NCBI GenBank assembly: GCA_030753015.1
Contig: JASMDC010000037.1
Location: forward strand, 1 to 35,446
Direction of reading: 5' to 3'
DNA: 35,446 nucleotides
Source: Candidatus Undinarchaeales archaeon
GTDB taxonomy: Archaea > SpSt-1190 > JASMDC01
Numbering within the stretch: position 1 is the stretch's first letter; each line of letters begins with the position of its first letter. Of this stretch, positions 7,951 to 15,492 are shown piece after piece. The notes beneath the pieces are model-generated. The model saw nothing but the letters and a program-made list of their open reading frames with translations. It was not told where the DNA came from and ran no database searches. The position numbers and the translations under genes are program-made.

Positions 7951-9246
7951 ATGCCCACCGTCCTCGTGCTCTGCTTCGATAGCCATGTGCGTCTCATCAG
8001 GGAGTTCTTCGAGCGCGATACCACCTACGACGCCGTCATCGATCCGCAGTCCGCTATCGAGCGCGATGGCGTGGGGGCCTACGTCGAGCGGATCGCAGAG
8101 AAGATACGATCGGGCCGGCTTTCGGTCGACGGTATCGCCACAACCACCGAGGACCTCGCGTTAGTTGCGTCCGTCATCGCACGTGAGGCCGGTCTTGCCG
8201 GACCCGCTCCGGGCGCTGTGTTCGCCTGTCAGAACAAGCTTGTGCAGCGCACGCTCCAGCGGGAATGCGCTCCCGAGGCCACGCCGGACTTCTTCCTGGC
8301 CCGGGACTGGCTTGTGGGAGAGGTCCCCGGTGTGCAGTTCCCTCTCTTTGTCAAGCCGGTGACCTCGGCCCTGTCCTTCTACTCCCACCATGTTGAGGAT
8401 GCGGGCGAGCTCCGACGGATCATACGCGAAGGACGCGATATAGTTCCTTCAGGCAACCGGCTCAACAGCGAGGTCATCGAGCTCGGTTACATCGACCACC
8501 CGTGGGCGCCCCTTCATAGTGAGCTGTTATGTGAGGGGGTGATCACGGGCACACAGGTCACCGTGGACGGCTATGTGCGAGAGGGGGGCGTTGTGCTCCT
8601 GGGGACGACCCTCTCGGTGTTCGTCCCGGGGACGATCAGCTTCTCACGCTTCGACTTCCCACATCAGTTCGATCCGGAGATCGACTCCCGGGTCGCTGGG
8701 CTCGTCCAGCGCGTGGTCACTCATATCGGTCTGGATGATACTCTGTTCAACATGGAGCTCATGGTGGACGGGGGAACGGGCGCGATAAGCATAGTCGAGC
8801 TCAACACCCGCCTCTCGTTCCAGTTCGTACCCCTCATCGAATGGGTGCGTGGCGTCAGCCCTCTCCGCATCATGTGCGACATAGCTGTAGGGCGAGAACC
8901 CAAAAGGTTAGCTACTGAAGGGGCCGGACCTTATTCAATGTCGAGCTCATGCGTCCTTCGCACGCCTGAGGACCGGTGGGTGGTCGACGTGCCCTCATCA
9001 GAGGACGTCGCGCGCATCGAGGCGGAGCGTCCCAATGTGCGTGTATTCCCCTTGGTGGCGCCAGGGACGCGCCTTTCGGACTACCTGCAGGACGCATATA
9101 CCTATCGGTACTGCCTGGTGAATATCGCTGGCGAGGACATCGACGAGGTCATCAGCACCCTTGCGGTCGTGAAGAATGGGCTAGGATTCCGGCTCGCACC
9201 GGCTGAGGACTCCCCTGCTTCGCCGGTCAAAAAAGAAAAAAGGTAG
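7951..9246 (+). CDS. ATP-grasp domain protein (putative carboxylate-amine/peptide ligase)
   Basis: CQNKLVQR, FPLFVKP, LCEGVITGTQVTVDG and FNMEL...IVELNTRL are ATP-grasp motifs. ATG7951 lies about 28 nt after TTTAAA (7917-7922). Confidence 0.85.
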   Translation: MPTVLVLCFDSHVRLIREFFERDTTYDAVIDPQSAIERDGVGAYVERIAEKIRSGRLSVDGIATTTEDLALVASVIAREAGLAGPAPGAVFACQNKLVQRTLQRECAPEATPDFFLARDWLVGEVPGVQFPLFVKPVTSALSFYSHHVEDAGELRRIIREGRDIVPSGNRLNSEVIELGYIDHPWAPLHSELLCEGVITGTQVTVDGYVREGGVVLLGTTLSVFVPGTISFSRFDFPHQFDPEIDSRVAGLVQRVVTHIGLDDTLFNMELMVDGGTGAISIVELNTRLSFQFVPLIEWVRGVSPLRIMCDIAVGREPKRLATEGAGPYSMSSSCVLRTPEDRWVVDVPSSEDVARIEAERPNVRVFPLVAPGTRLSDYLQDAYTYRYCLVNIAGEDIDEVISTLAVVKNGLGFRLAPAEDSPASPVKKEKR

Positions 9247-9270
9247 TGGGGTCCGGCAAAGCCGGACCCC
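9229..9270 (-). terminator. GC hairpin followed by an oligo-U tract on the minus strand
   Basis: Perfect 10-bp stem GGGGTCCGGC-AAA-GCCGGACCCC (9248-9270); the minus strand then reads ACTACCTTTTTTCTTTTTT. Confidence 0.7.
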
Positions 9271-9360
9271 GGGGGGAAGGAAATCCAAAAAGCATCACAC
9301 AATTGCCACCAATTCTCGCCTCGCTGCCACTCCCGCATTACCGAGAGTTCCATTCCTCTG
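9232..9360 (-). ncRNA. Candidate small RNA (about 125 nt)
   Basis: Minus-strand TATA-like TTTTAAGA (9379-9386), two small hairpins, a C/U-rich single-stranded tract, then a terminal hairpin and U tract. Ends are inferred. Confidence 0.4.
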
Positions 9361-9395
9361 AGGGATGTAATGGTTTTTTCTTAAAATAACCATTA

Positions 9396-9423
9396 TGAAA
9401 AAGAATATGAAAAACATTGAAAC
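9396..9423. promoter_or_regulatory. Repeated motif copy 1 (TGAAAAAGAATATGAAAAACATTGAAAC)
   Basis: 23/28 identical to 12599-12626, with the last 16 nt identical; three TGAAA units about one helical turn apart. Confidence 0.6.
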
Positions 9424-9437
9424 CTATCTAGATTGCC

Positions 9438-12400
9438 TCACACACGTCCGTCAACGAAGAGGTGGCGACCGCGCTCGGAGAGCTCCACGACCTTGCTCCT
9501 ACCCTTTTCGTGCTGGAGCAGGTGGCCGGCGCTCACGAGATTCCTTACCCGCTTGCGTACGGTGGGTTGGCTGATTCCCAGCTCAGCGCCGATTTCGGTG
9601 TTGGAGGGCTTGAGCCCGAGCAGGTTCCGCTGATATACGTACCGAAGGACCTCCAGAAGGTCCTCGGGAAGGCTTACCTTGATCATCGGATTGATCTCCA
9701 GACATTCCTTCTCGAGCAGCCTCAGCTCCCGCGGGTCCATGGTCGTAGGATCAACGGAGACAATGATGATGTGACCTTTGAGGTAGGCTACCTCACGCAG
9801 CCGTTCCACTAGAGACAGTGTCTCGCTGAACCCGATCTTCAGAACGAGGAAGTCCAGTCTGTCGATGAGAACCGTGTGTGCCCGTTGAAGCTCCTCGATG
9901 CAGTTCTCGACCTGTGCTGCTCGGGGTGCTATGCTACCAGCTCCTGCGCGGTCCGTGAGCCAATGGAACGTGTACTCCGCATCCAGATCCTTCTTGAACT
10001 CCTTCTCGGGGGCCCGGGAGATCACAAGGCCGGGGAATCCTGCCTTCAGGAGATCGGAGAACGCCTCGAGTGCAAGCCCTGCCGCTTGCTCTTGAGCGAG
10101 GTAGAGCTGTCCGTCCTCGAGGCTGTAGCGCATCAGGCGGCGTCGCATCTCCTCCTCGGAACGCTTGCGCTCGGTGATGTCCTTGAACACTGCAAGCCAT
10201 CCGGACGTAGCTGCGTCGGCACCCTTGATTGGCGCAGGTGTGATCAAGCAGTGGATGAGGTCCCCGTCCTTTCTCCGCAGGGCACCTTCGAACTCACCCT
10301 CCCCGCCCCGTTCTTCGAACACGTACCGTTTGAAGAGTGCCATGGCCCTGTCCCTCGTCCCCTCGTTCCAGAACGGGAATGGCGGCTTGATACCAACGAG
10401 CTCCTTCTCACTGAATCCCGTCATTGAGCAGAAGGCCGGGTTCACGTACGTTGTCATTCCATCGAGGTCGACGAGGAGGAGACCGTCCTTCATGGACTCG
10501 TGAAGGCTTCTGGAGAACGCCTCCTGCCTGACGAGCTGCTCCTCGGCCCTCTTGTGCTCGGTGATGTCCCGCCAGATGCCTTGGATGAAGGTCTTTCCCC
10601 CGGCCTGGATGGGCCTGGTGCTCACCATGATAACACGCGTCCTGCCGTCCTTTGTCCGGTGCTTGGTCTCGAAGAGGTCGCCACCCTCTTTCGTGATCTT
10701 CTTGATGTGCTCTGTGGTCTCCTCGGGGGACTCGATGACCTCGATGTCCGCGAGCGTGAGCTGAGCGAACTCCTCACGGGAATATCCTAGGTTCTTATGG
10801 GCCCGCTCGTTGAACTCGGTGAACGTCTTCGAACCAGTATCGATCAGAACGATGGAGTCTGCTGCCTGATCGAAGATGGCGCGGTATCGTTCCTCTGACT
10901 CACGCAGGGCCTTCTCCGACCTGGTACGCTCCGTGATGTCGCGAACGTAGGCGTGGACGAGCCGCTGTCCACCGACAGATGCTACCCTGAAGCTCACCTC
11001 TGTCGGGAACTCGGTACCGTCCTTACGTCTACCGGATGAACCGATGAACAGGCCCTCCTTCTTGAGCTGCTTCCTGATTGTCCGGGGGAGCGTGCCCGCG
11101 ACGTCATCCGGTACGAGGTCTATGGCGTTCATTCCACGAAGCTCGACCTTGGAGTAACCGAACATCTCGCAGGCAGTAACGTTACAGTCGATGATGTTCC
11201 CGTTGAGGGTCTCGAGGAGAACGGCGTCGGTGGACGTCTCCACGAGCGTCCTGTACTTCTCCTCGCTTGCCTTGATGGCCTGCTCGGCCTTCTTGCGTGC
11301 AGTGATGTTGCGGATCATGATGAGCACGGTGTCCTTGCCGGACGTGGCCATCCTCGCCTCGAATTCCCGCTCATCGCCACCAACCGTGAGCTTATACTCG
11401 TACACCTGCAGTTCACCGGTCTCCAGGCATTGCTTCATGTGACGCGTCGTCAAACGGGCAAGGTCACGCGGGAGGATGTCGTTCACCTTCTTTCCCAGGA
11501 ACTCCTCGGGAGTCGCATAAAGATCATCACTTCCGCCCTTGTAACTGATGAAAGTACCATCCTTGTGGACCTGGAACATGAGGTCGGGCATCGCGTCGAG
11601 GATGGCACGGGTCTTCGACTCGCTCTCCGCCAAGGCCGCCTCGGTCCTCTTTCGCTCACTGATGTCACGAGCGATGCCCATGCACACGCTCCTGCCATCG
11701 ATCGTTAAGGGGAATCCCTTCACCTCGACCTCGGCCATGCTTCCGTCCTTCCGGGCCAGGGTGACGGGGAGCGCATCGGTCGCTTCCCCGGTCCTTGCGA
11801 GATCAGCCAATACCTTTATCGCGTCCTTGATGGTCTTCTTAGTGATCAGGTTGAGCGTCAGGAAGCTCTTCCCGATCAGCTCCTCCTTCTTGTAGCCTAC
11901 CAACCGTTCGGCGGCCTCGTTGCCGTCGATGAACACCCCTTTCAGGTCGTGGAGGTAGATCGCGTCCGGCGACCTCTCGAAGAGGGCCCTGAACCGCTCT
12001 TCGGAGACACGTAGCTCCTCTTCGGCCTTCTTACGCTCGGTCACCTCACGCTCCAGTTCAACGGTCTTTGCCTGCAGTTCGGCAACACGCTCGTCCACCA
12101 AGTTTTGGAGGTGGTCCCGGTGATGCTCGAGCTCCTCTTCGGTATGCTTGCGCTCGGTGATGTCCCGGAGGATGCCCACTGCACCGATGATGCTCCCGCC
12201 CTTCCGGACGAGATGGTTGCTCGCTTCCACGGGGACGGTGGTGCCGTCTTTACGGATGAGCTCGAGAGTGATCAGTGGGCTCTCCTTGCCCTTCGTGACA
12301 GCGTCGGTGATCAACTTGGCGATCCGGGGTATCTCCCTGGAACTGAGAACACCGAGCTTGAGGACGTTCCGACCGATGACCTCTTCCTGCGAGTAACCGA

Positions 12401-12563
12401 CGAGGTTCTCCACACGCGGATTCACATCGATGACGGTGCCTGTGCGGTCGATGAACACCACCAGGTCGTTGATGCTCCCGCATATCTCTTCGTGGAGCTC
12501 AAGCAGGACGGTACCCGGCTCGTGCTCTACCGGGATCTCGTCCTTTCTCTTTGTCGAAGGCAT
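9438..12563 (-). CDS. One-component sensor/regulator: six PAS domains, DUF835 and a C-terminal winged HTH
   Basis: Six PAS/PAC units ending RDITERK, RDISERK, RNITARK, RDITERT, RDITEHK and KDITERK; DUF835-like GLVISRAPE...WLT...VLIDRLDFL...IIVSVDP...ELRLLEKE; wHTH TEIGAELGISQPTVRKRVRNL...VELSERG. No histidine kinase motifs. Confidence 0.88.
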   Translation of the reverse strand: MPSTKRKDEIPVEHEPGTVLLELHEEICGSINDLVVFIDRTGTVIDVNPRVENLVGYSQEEVIGRNVLKLGVLSSREIPRIAKLITDAVTKGKESPLITLELIRKDGTTVPVEASNHLVRKGGSIIGAVGILRDITERKHTEEELEHHRDHLQNLVDERVAELQAKTVELEREVTERKKAEEELRVSEERFRALFERSPDAIYLHDLKGVFIDGNEAAERLVGYKKEELIGKSFLTLNLITKKTIKDAIKVLADLARTGEATDALPVTLARKDGSMAEVEVKGFPLTIDGRSVCMGIARDISERKRTEAALAESESKTRAILDAMPDLMFQVHKDGTFISYKGGSDDLYATPEEFLGKKVNDILPRDLARLTTRHMKQCLETGELQVYEYKLTVGGDEREFEARMATSGKDTVLIMIRNITARKKAEQAIKASEEKYRTLVETSTDAVLLETLNGNIIDCNVTACEMFGYSKVELRGMNAIDLVPDDVAGTLPRTIRKQLKKEGLFIGSSGRRKDGTEFPTEVSFRVASVGGQRLVHAYVRDITERTRSEKALRESEERYRAIFDQAADSIVLIDTGSKTFTEFNERAHKNLGYSREEFAQLTLADIEVIESPEETTEHIKKITKEGGDLFETKHRTKDGRTRVIMVSTRPIQAGGKTFIQGIWRDITEHKRAEEQLVRQEAFSRSLHESMKDGLLLVDLDGMTTYVNPAFCSMTGFSEKELVGIKPPFPFWNEGTRDRAMALFKRYVFEERGGEGEFEGALRRKDGDLIHCLITPAPIKGADAATSGWLAVFKDITERKRSEEEMRRRLMRYSLEDGQLYLAQEQAAGLALEAFSDLLKAGFPGLVISRAPEKEFKKDLDAEYTFHWLTDRAGAGSIAPRAAQVENCIEELQRAHTVLIDRLDFLVLKIGFSETLSLVERLREVAYLKGHIIIVSVDPTTMDPRELRLLEKECLEINPMIKVSLPEDLLEVLRYVYQRNLLGLKPSNTEIGAELGISQPTVRKRVRNLVSAGHLLQHEKGRSKVVELSERGRHLFVDGRV

Positions 12564-12598
12564 TGATCCCCCTCAGCCCCCGAGGTGAAGGTCAATCT

Positions 12599-12626
12599 TG
12601 AAAAGGTTATTGAAAAACATTGAAAC
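12599..12626. promoter_or_regulatory. Repeated motif copy 2 (TGAAAAGGTTATTGAAAAACATTGAAAC)
   Basis: Lies between a TATA-like element (minus strand CCTATAAG, 12640-12647) and the start codon of the PAS regulator. Confidence 0.6.
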
Positions 12627-12763
12627 ACATAGTCCTTTCCTTATAGGTCTACTATCATCGTGCACAACCTGTCGAGAGCGGCCGCAATCCACGCAGGTAC
12701 GCACAGGCCGGGCCCAATAATCCACTGACTAGAAAGGCTACAATGAACGGACGACGACCGGTC

Positions 12764-13309
12764 CTAGATCTCACCGATCTCCTTGAACTTCTCCAAGAGC
12801 TTGTCGAAGGCTTCACGGACGTCCTCGATGCGCTTGGCGCCGGTGACCACGAAGCGGCCGGTACTGAATATGAGGATGGCCACCTTGGGCTTGATCATCC
12901 GGAACACCATGCCGGGGAACTGCTCGGGCTCGTACTCCACACCTTCGAGCTTGTAGGCCAGTCGGTCCAGGTTGAGCTCGAGATCGGTCTTGACCGAGGA
13001 GACGATGTTCTGGATCTCGATGAGGGGCTCGCCATTGAACTCCACTCCGTAATCGGCGAGGAGAACCTTGACCAGGCCAACGGCCCGCTTCACGTCCTCG
13101 ATGGACCGCGAACCAGTGCAGACCATCTTACCGGACCCAAAGAGGAGGTTGGCCGTCTTGGGCTCGGGCAGCCTGAGCACGAGACCGGGGAACTGCTCGG
13201 GGTTGAACTCTGCGTTCTCACTCCCGGCGGCTACCCGCTCGAGGGGAATTGAACAGTAAAGGTTGCAGGAGGCAACGATGTTCTCGACTTTAATCTCAAC
13301 GAGTGTCAT
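12764..13309 (-). CDS. tbp: TATA-box binding protein
   Basis: Two TBP repeats: IKVENIVAS...FNPEQFPGLVLR...LLFGSGKMVCTG and IQNIVSS...YEPEQFPGMVFR...LIFSTGRFVVTGAK. ATG13309 follows an AGGTGG SD. Confidence 0.97.
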   Translation of the reverse strand: MTLVEIKVENIVASCNLYCSIPLERVAAGSENAEFNPEQFPGLVLRLPEPKTANLLFGSGKMVCTGSRSIEDVKRAVGLVKVLLADYGVEFNGEPLIEIQNIVSSVKTDLELNLDRLAYKLEGVEYEPEQFPGMVFRMIKPKVAILIFSTGRFVVTGAKRIEDVREAFDKLLEKFKEIGEI

Positions 13310-13332
13310 GTGAACCACCTATCAATGAGTCT

Positions 13333-13356
13333 TTTATAAAGCAAGCTTTATAAAGC
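13333..13356. promoter_or_regulatory. Tandem palindromic TATA boxes upstream of tbp
   Basis: TTTATAAA at 13333-13340 and 13347-13354, each followed by GC. Confidence 0.6.
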
Positions 13357-13389
13357 GATTGTTGTGGTAGGGATTGTTGTCACTCGGTG

Positions 13390-13797
13390 TCAGTCTCGTA
13401 TAGGATTGAAACCATCGCCTTGCACACGCTCGATGGTGTCGCGGGCGGTGATGAGGAACACCTCGCAGGTAACAGAGACCCGGGCCGAGAGCAGGTGCCC
13501 TGCCGCCCGTTCACCAGAAGGCGATACGGCATGGATGTGACAATGGACCACAGGATCGCCCTCCAGTCGAGTGATGTTCCCCATCAGGGAGACGATCTCC
13601 ATGAAGCCCTTGAGCCTTCTTGGATCGTACCCACCCTTTTCGCGGTCAAAGAAGGCGTACTCAACCTCGTCCAGGGCGCCGATGGCCCAGAACGGCCCCG
13701 TCACCTGCCGTTCCTGTGCGTACTGCACAAGCGATGAGATTATCTCCTCACCCTCGCGTAGCCTGACCACGTGGATGTCGTTTACCCCGGTCTCCAT
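13390..13797 (-). CDS. PPC-domain (DUF296) putative DNA-binding protein
   Basis: VVRLREGEEI, AIGAL, EIVSLMGNI, HCHIH, AGHL and TCEVF motifs. Confidence 0.9.
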   Translation of the reverse strand: METGVNDIHVVRLREGEEIISSLVQYAQERQVTGPFWAIGALDEVEYAFFDREKGGYDPRRLKGFMEIVSLMGNITRLEGDPVVHCHIHAVSPSGERAAGHLLSARVSVTCEVFLITARDTIERVQGDGFNPIRD

Positions 13798-13820
13798 ACC
13801 TGTGAGCGGGCGGCCAAGAC

Positions 13821-14255
13821 TTATAATGCCGATACAGTGAGGCCCGCTTTGATGCTGGACGGCTCAACGTCCGAACCCCCCGGAGGCATGTCACCCTCCG
13901 GATCGTCGGAGCGGAAGAGATGGGAGGGGCAATCGCAGTCGGACGATCCGAATCCCTTCACTGCCCTGCATCGCTCCGCCAGCTCCCTGGCAAGAACGCA
14001 TTCATCGCTCCCGGGATAGATACGGATCGCGTTGACACCGCGGCCCTCGGTGAGCGCGTCGATATGCCAGTGCCTGCGCTTGTGCTTGCGAGCATGACGG
14101 GACAGACGCGCAGCGAGCCCTCCCGGACCATAGGCGGATCCCACGTAGAGGTACGTTCCCGGTTGGACCGTCCCTCCCCTACCGAAGGGTGTCAGTACGT
14201 CGATAATGACGGTGATTATGTAGGCGCCGCCCGTCTTTGGACAATCGTTGCTCAC
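13821..14255 (-). CDS. DUF123 / GIY-YIG (Uri superfamily) nuclease
   Basis: GAYII...GTYLYVGSA...RLSRH...HWHIDAL...ECVLA...GFGSSDCDCPSHLF. Confidence 0.9.
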   Translation of the reverse strand: MSNDCPKTGGAYIITVIIDVLTPFGRGGTVQPGTYLYVGSAYGPGGLAARLSRHARKHKRRHWHIDALTEGRGVNAIRIYPGSDECVLARELAERCRAVKGFGSSDCDCPSHLFRSDDPEGDMPPGGSDVEPSSIKAGLTVSAL

Positions 14256-14434
14256 AGGTGTTGGCCTCCATCATTCGTGATATACGGGTTAGTGTGAACG
14301 GACATTGGCGCACACCGAGAACGGAAATTCGTATTTTTTCAAGGTAGAACGTTTAATTGTCGACAAATGCTCATTTTAAGGCCGTTTTCGTTCAAATCGA
14401 ATCGCAAGACTTATATATTTCAATACATACATAG

Positions 14435-14512
14435 CGAATACTTTTTTATGAAAGCCTGGGGGGTGGCTCGACTGGCAGGGGGAAATGGCCCCTGCCAGCC
14501 CCTTTTTCCTTT
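14435..14512 (+). ncRNA. Candidate small RNA (about 75 nt) with its own TATA box and terminator
   Basis: TTATATAT at 14411-14418 with no credible downstream protein gene; a G6 tract, a perfect 10-bp hairpin and a pyrimidine tract follow. Ends are inferred. Confidence 0.4.
14472..14512 (+). terminator. Hairpin plus U-rich tract
   Basis: CTGGCAGGGG-GAAATGG-CCCCTGCCAG (14472-14498) followed by CCCCTTTTTCCTTT. Confidence 0.6.
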
Positions 14513-14587
14513 CCTATCCGGCGAGGCGGAGGAATGGTCCCCCGTGACAGTTCGACTGCGACGTTCCACTGTCTAGAACTGATGATT

Positions 14588-14607
14588 GGACGCACCACCG
14601 TGCGTCC
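14588..14607. terminator. Short hairpin downstream of the Pro-rich gene
   Basis: GGACGCAC-CACC-GTGCGTCC, 8-bp perfect stem, about 25 nt past the stop codon at 14631. Confidence 0.4.
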
Positions 14608-14630
14608 TTTACTCGTGCTCTTGTTCCCTA

Positions 14631-15404
14631 TTACTTGCCACCGATCTCCTTGCGGATCATGGAGAGCTCCATGTGCATCTGCTTTTCGAGATCACCGAAC
14701 TTCTTGTTGATCGCCTCAAGATCCCGCCCCTTATCATCGAGCTTCTCCTGGAGTTCGACGATTGTGGCGTTCTTCCGGTCGACCGCATCCTCGAGGTTCT
14801 TGATACGCTGGGAGAGCTCGTGGATGAACTTGATGTCCTCCGCCATCTCCTTGAGTATCATAGCTACACCGTCCTCTTTCTTAGCGCCAGGAGCAGCGGG
14901 CCCCTTGGTCTTGACCTGGTCCTCGATGATCCCGATCTTCTGTTTTAGCTCGTCGATCGTCTCACGGGCGGGGGACTTTGGGCGTTCCGGGGCCTTCTCG
15001 GGCTCCTTGACCTTAGGTGCCTCGGCCGGAGGTGCCATGACTGGTGGCGCAGGTCCGGGAGGAGGTGCGATCGTGGGTGCCTCTACCTTCGGGGCCTCGA
15101 CCACAGGCACCTTCACCTCGGGTACCGGTGGCGGCATGGGTCCTCCCATGGGCTTCGGCGGCATGGGTCCTCCCATGGGCTTTGGCGGCATGGGTCCTCC
15201 CATGGGCTTTGGCGGCATGGGTCCTCCCATGGGCTTTGGCGGCATGGGTCCTCCCATGGGTTTCGGCGGCATGGGTCCTCCCATGGGCTTTGGTGGCATA
15301 GGTCCACCGACGGGTTGTGGTGGCATGGGTCCCGCACCGGGTGGGGCAGGTTGAGGTGGTTGAGCATCCGTGTTCTTCTTACCGAGCAGCCAGTCGAGCA
15401 CCAT
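14631..15404 (-). CDS. Hypothetical protein: short amphipathic N-terminus, Pro/Gly/Met tandem repeats, C-terminal coiled coil (257 aa)
   Basis: Start at ATG15404 (MVLDWLLGKK) after TATA-like CATAAAAAG; the longer ORF call overlaps the divergent gene. C-terminal heptads IHELSQRIKNLEDAVDRKNATIVELQEKL. Confidence 0.75.
   Translation of the reverse strand: MVLDWLLGKKNTDAQPPQPAPPGAGPMPPQPVGGPMPPKPMGGPMPPKPMGGPMPPKPMGGPMPPKPMGGPMPPKPMGGPMPPKPMGGPMPPPVPEVKVPVVEAPKVEAPTIAPPPGPAPPVMAPPAEAPKVKEPEKAPERPKSPARETIDELKQKIGIIEDQVKTKGPAAPGAKKEDGVAMILKEMAEDIKFIHELSQRIKNLEDAVDRKNATIVELQEKLDDKGRDLEAINKKFGDLEKQMHMELSMIRKEIGGK
15130..15333 (-). repeat. 27-bp coding tandem repeat (GPMPPKPMG) x6 plus 2 degenerate copies
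   Basis: Plus-strand unit GGCGGCATGGGTCCTCCCATGGGCTTY, with only synonymous variation among the six exact peptide copies. Confidence 0.95.
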
Positions 15405-15492
15405 GGGGCCATGAATCCACCAAACCTTTTTATGTGCTATCATTAGCGGGATAGTGTAGTTGTCTGACAGTAGTACCTGTCGGAGGGATACC

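Noticed and set aside
9102-9353. 83-aa minus-strand ORF starting near the candidate sRNA start
   Set aside because: Runs through the hairpin and U tract and antisense into the ATP-grasp gene; no recognisable motif. A short translated product cannot be fully excluded.
9408-12626. ATTGAAAC-ending repeats resembling the 3' end of CRISPR repeats
   Set aside because: Only two copies, 3.2 kb apart, with no regular spacers and no cas genes; treated as an operator or scar instead.
14472-14498. Hairpin with a GAAA-containing loop as an archaeal SECIS element
   Set aside because: Lacks the GAA/A internal loop plus short apical GC helix, and no adjacent same-strand gene shows an in-frame UGA.
14531-14570. 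CAG-TTCGA-CTG T-loop-like hairpin as a tRNA or tRNA fragment
   Set aside because: No D arm, anticodon arm or acceptor stem with correct spacing could be built.
15130-15333. Regular 27-bp repeats as a CRISPR array
   Set aside because: Head-to-tail with no spacers, length a multiple of 3, variation synonymous: a coding tandem repeat.
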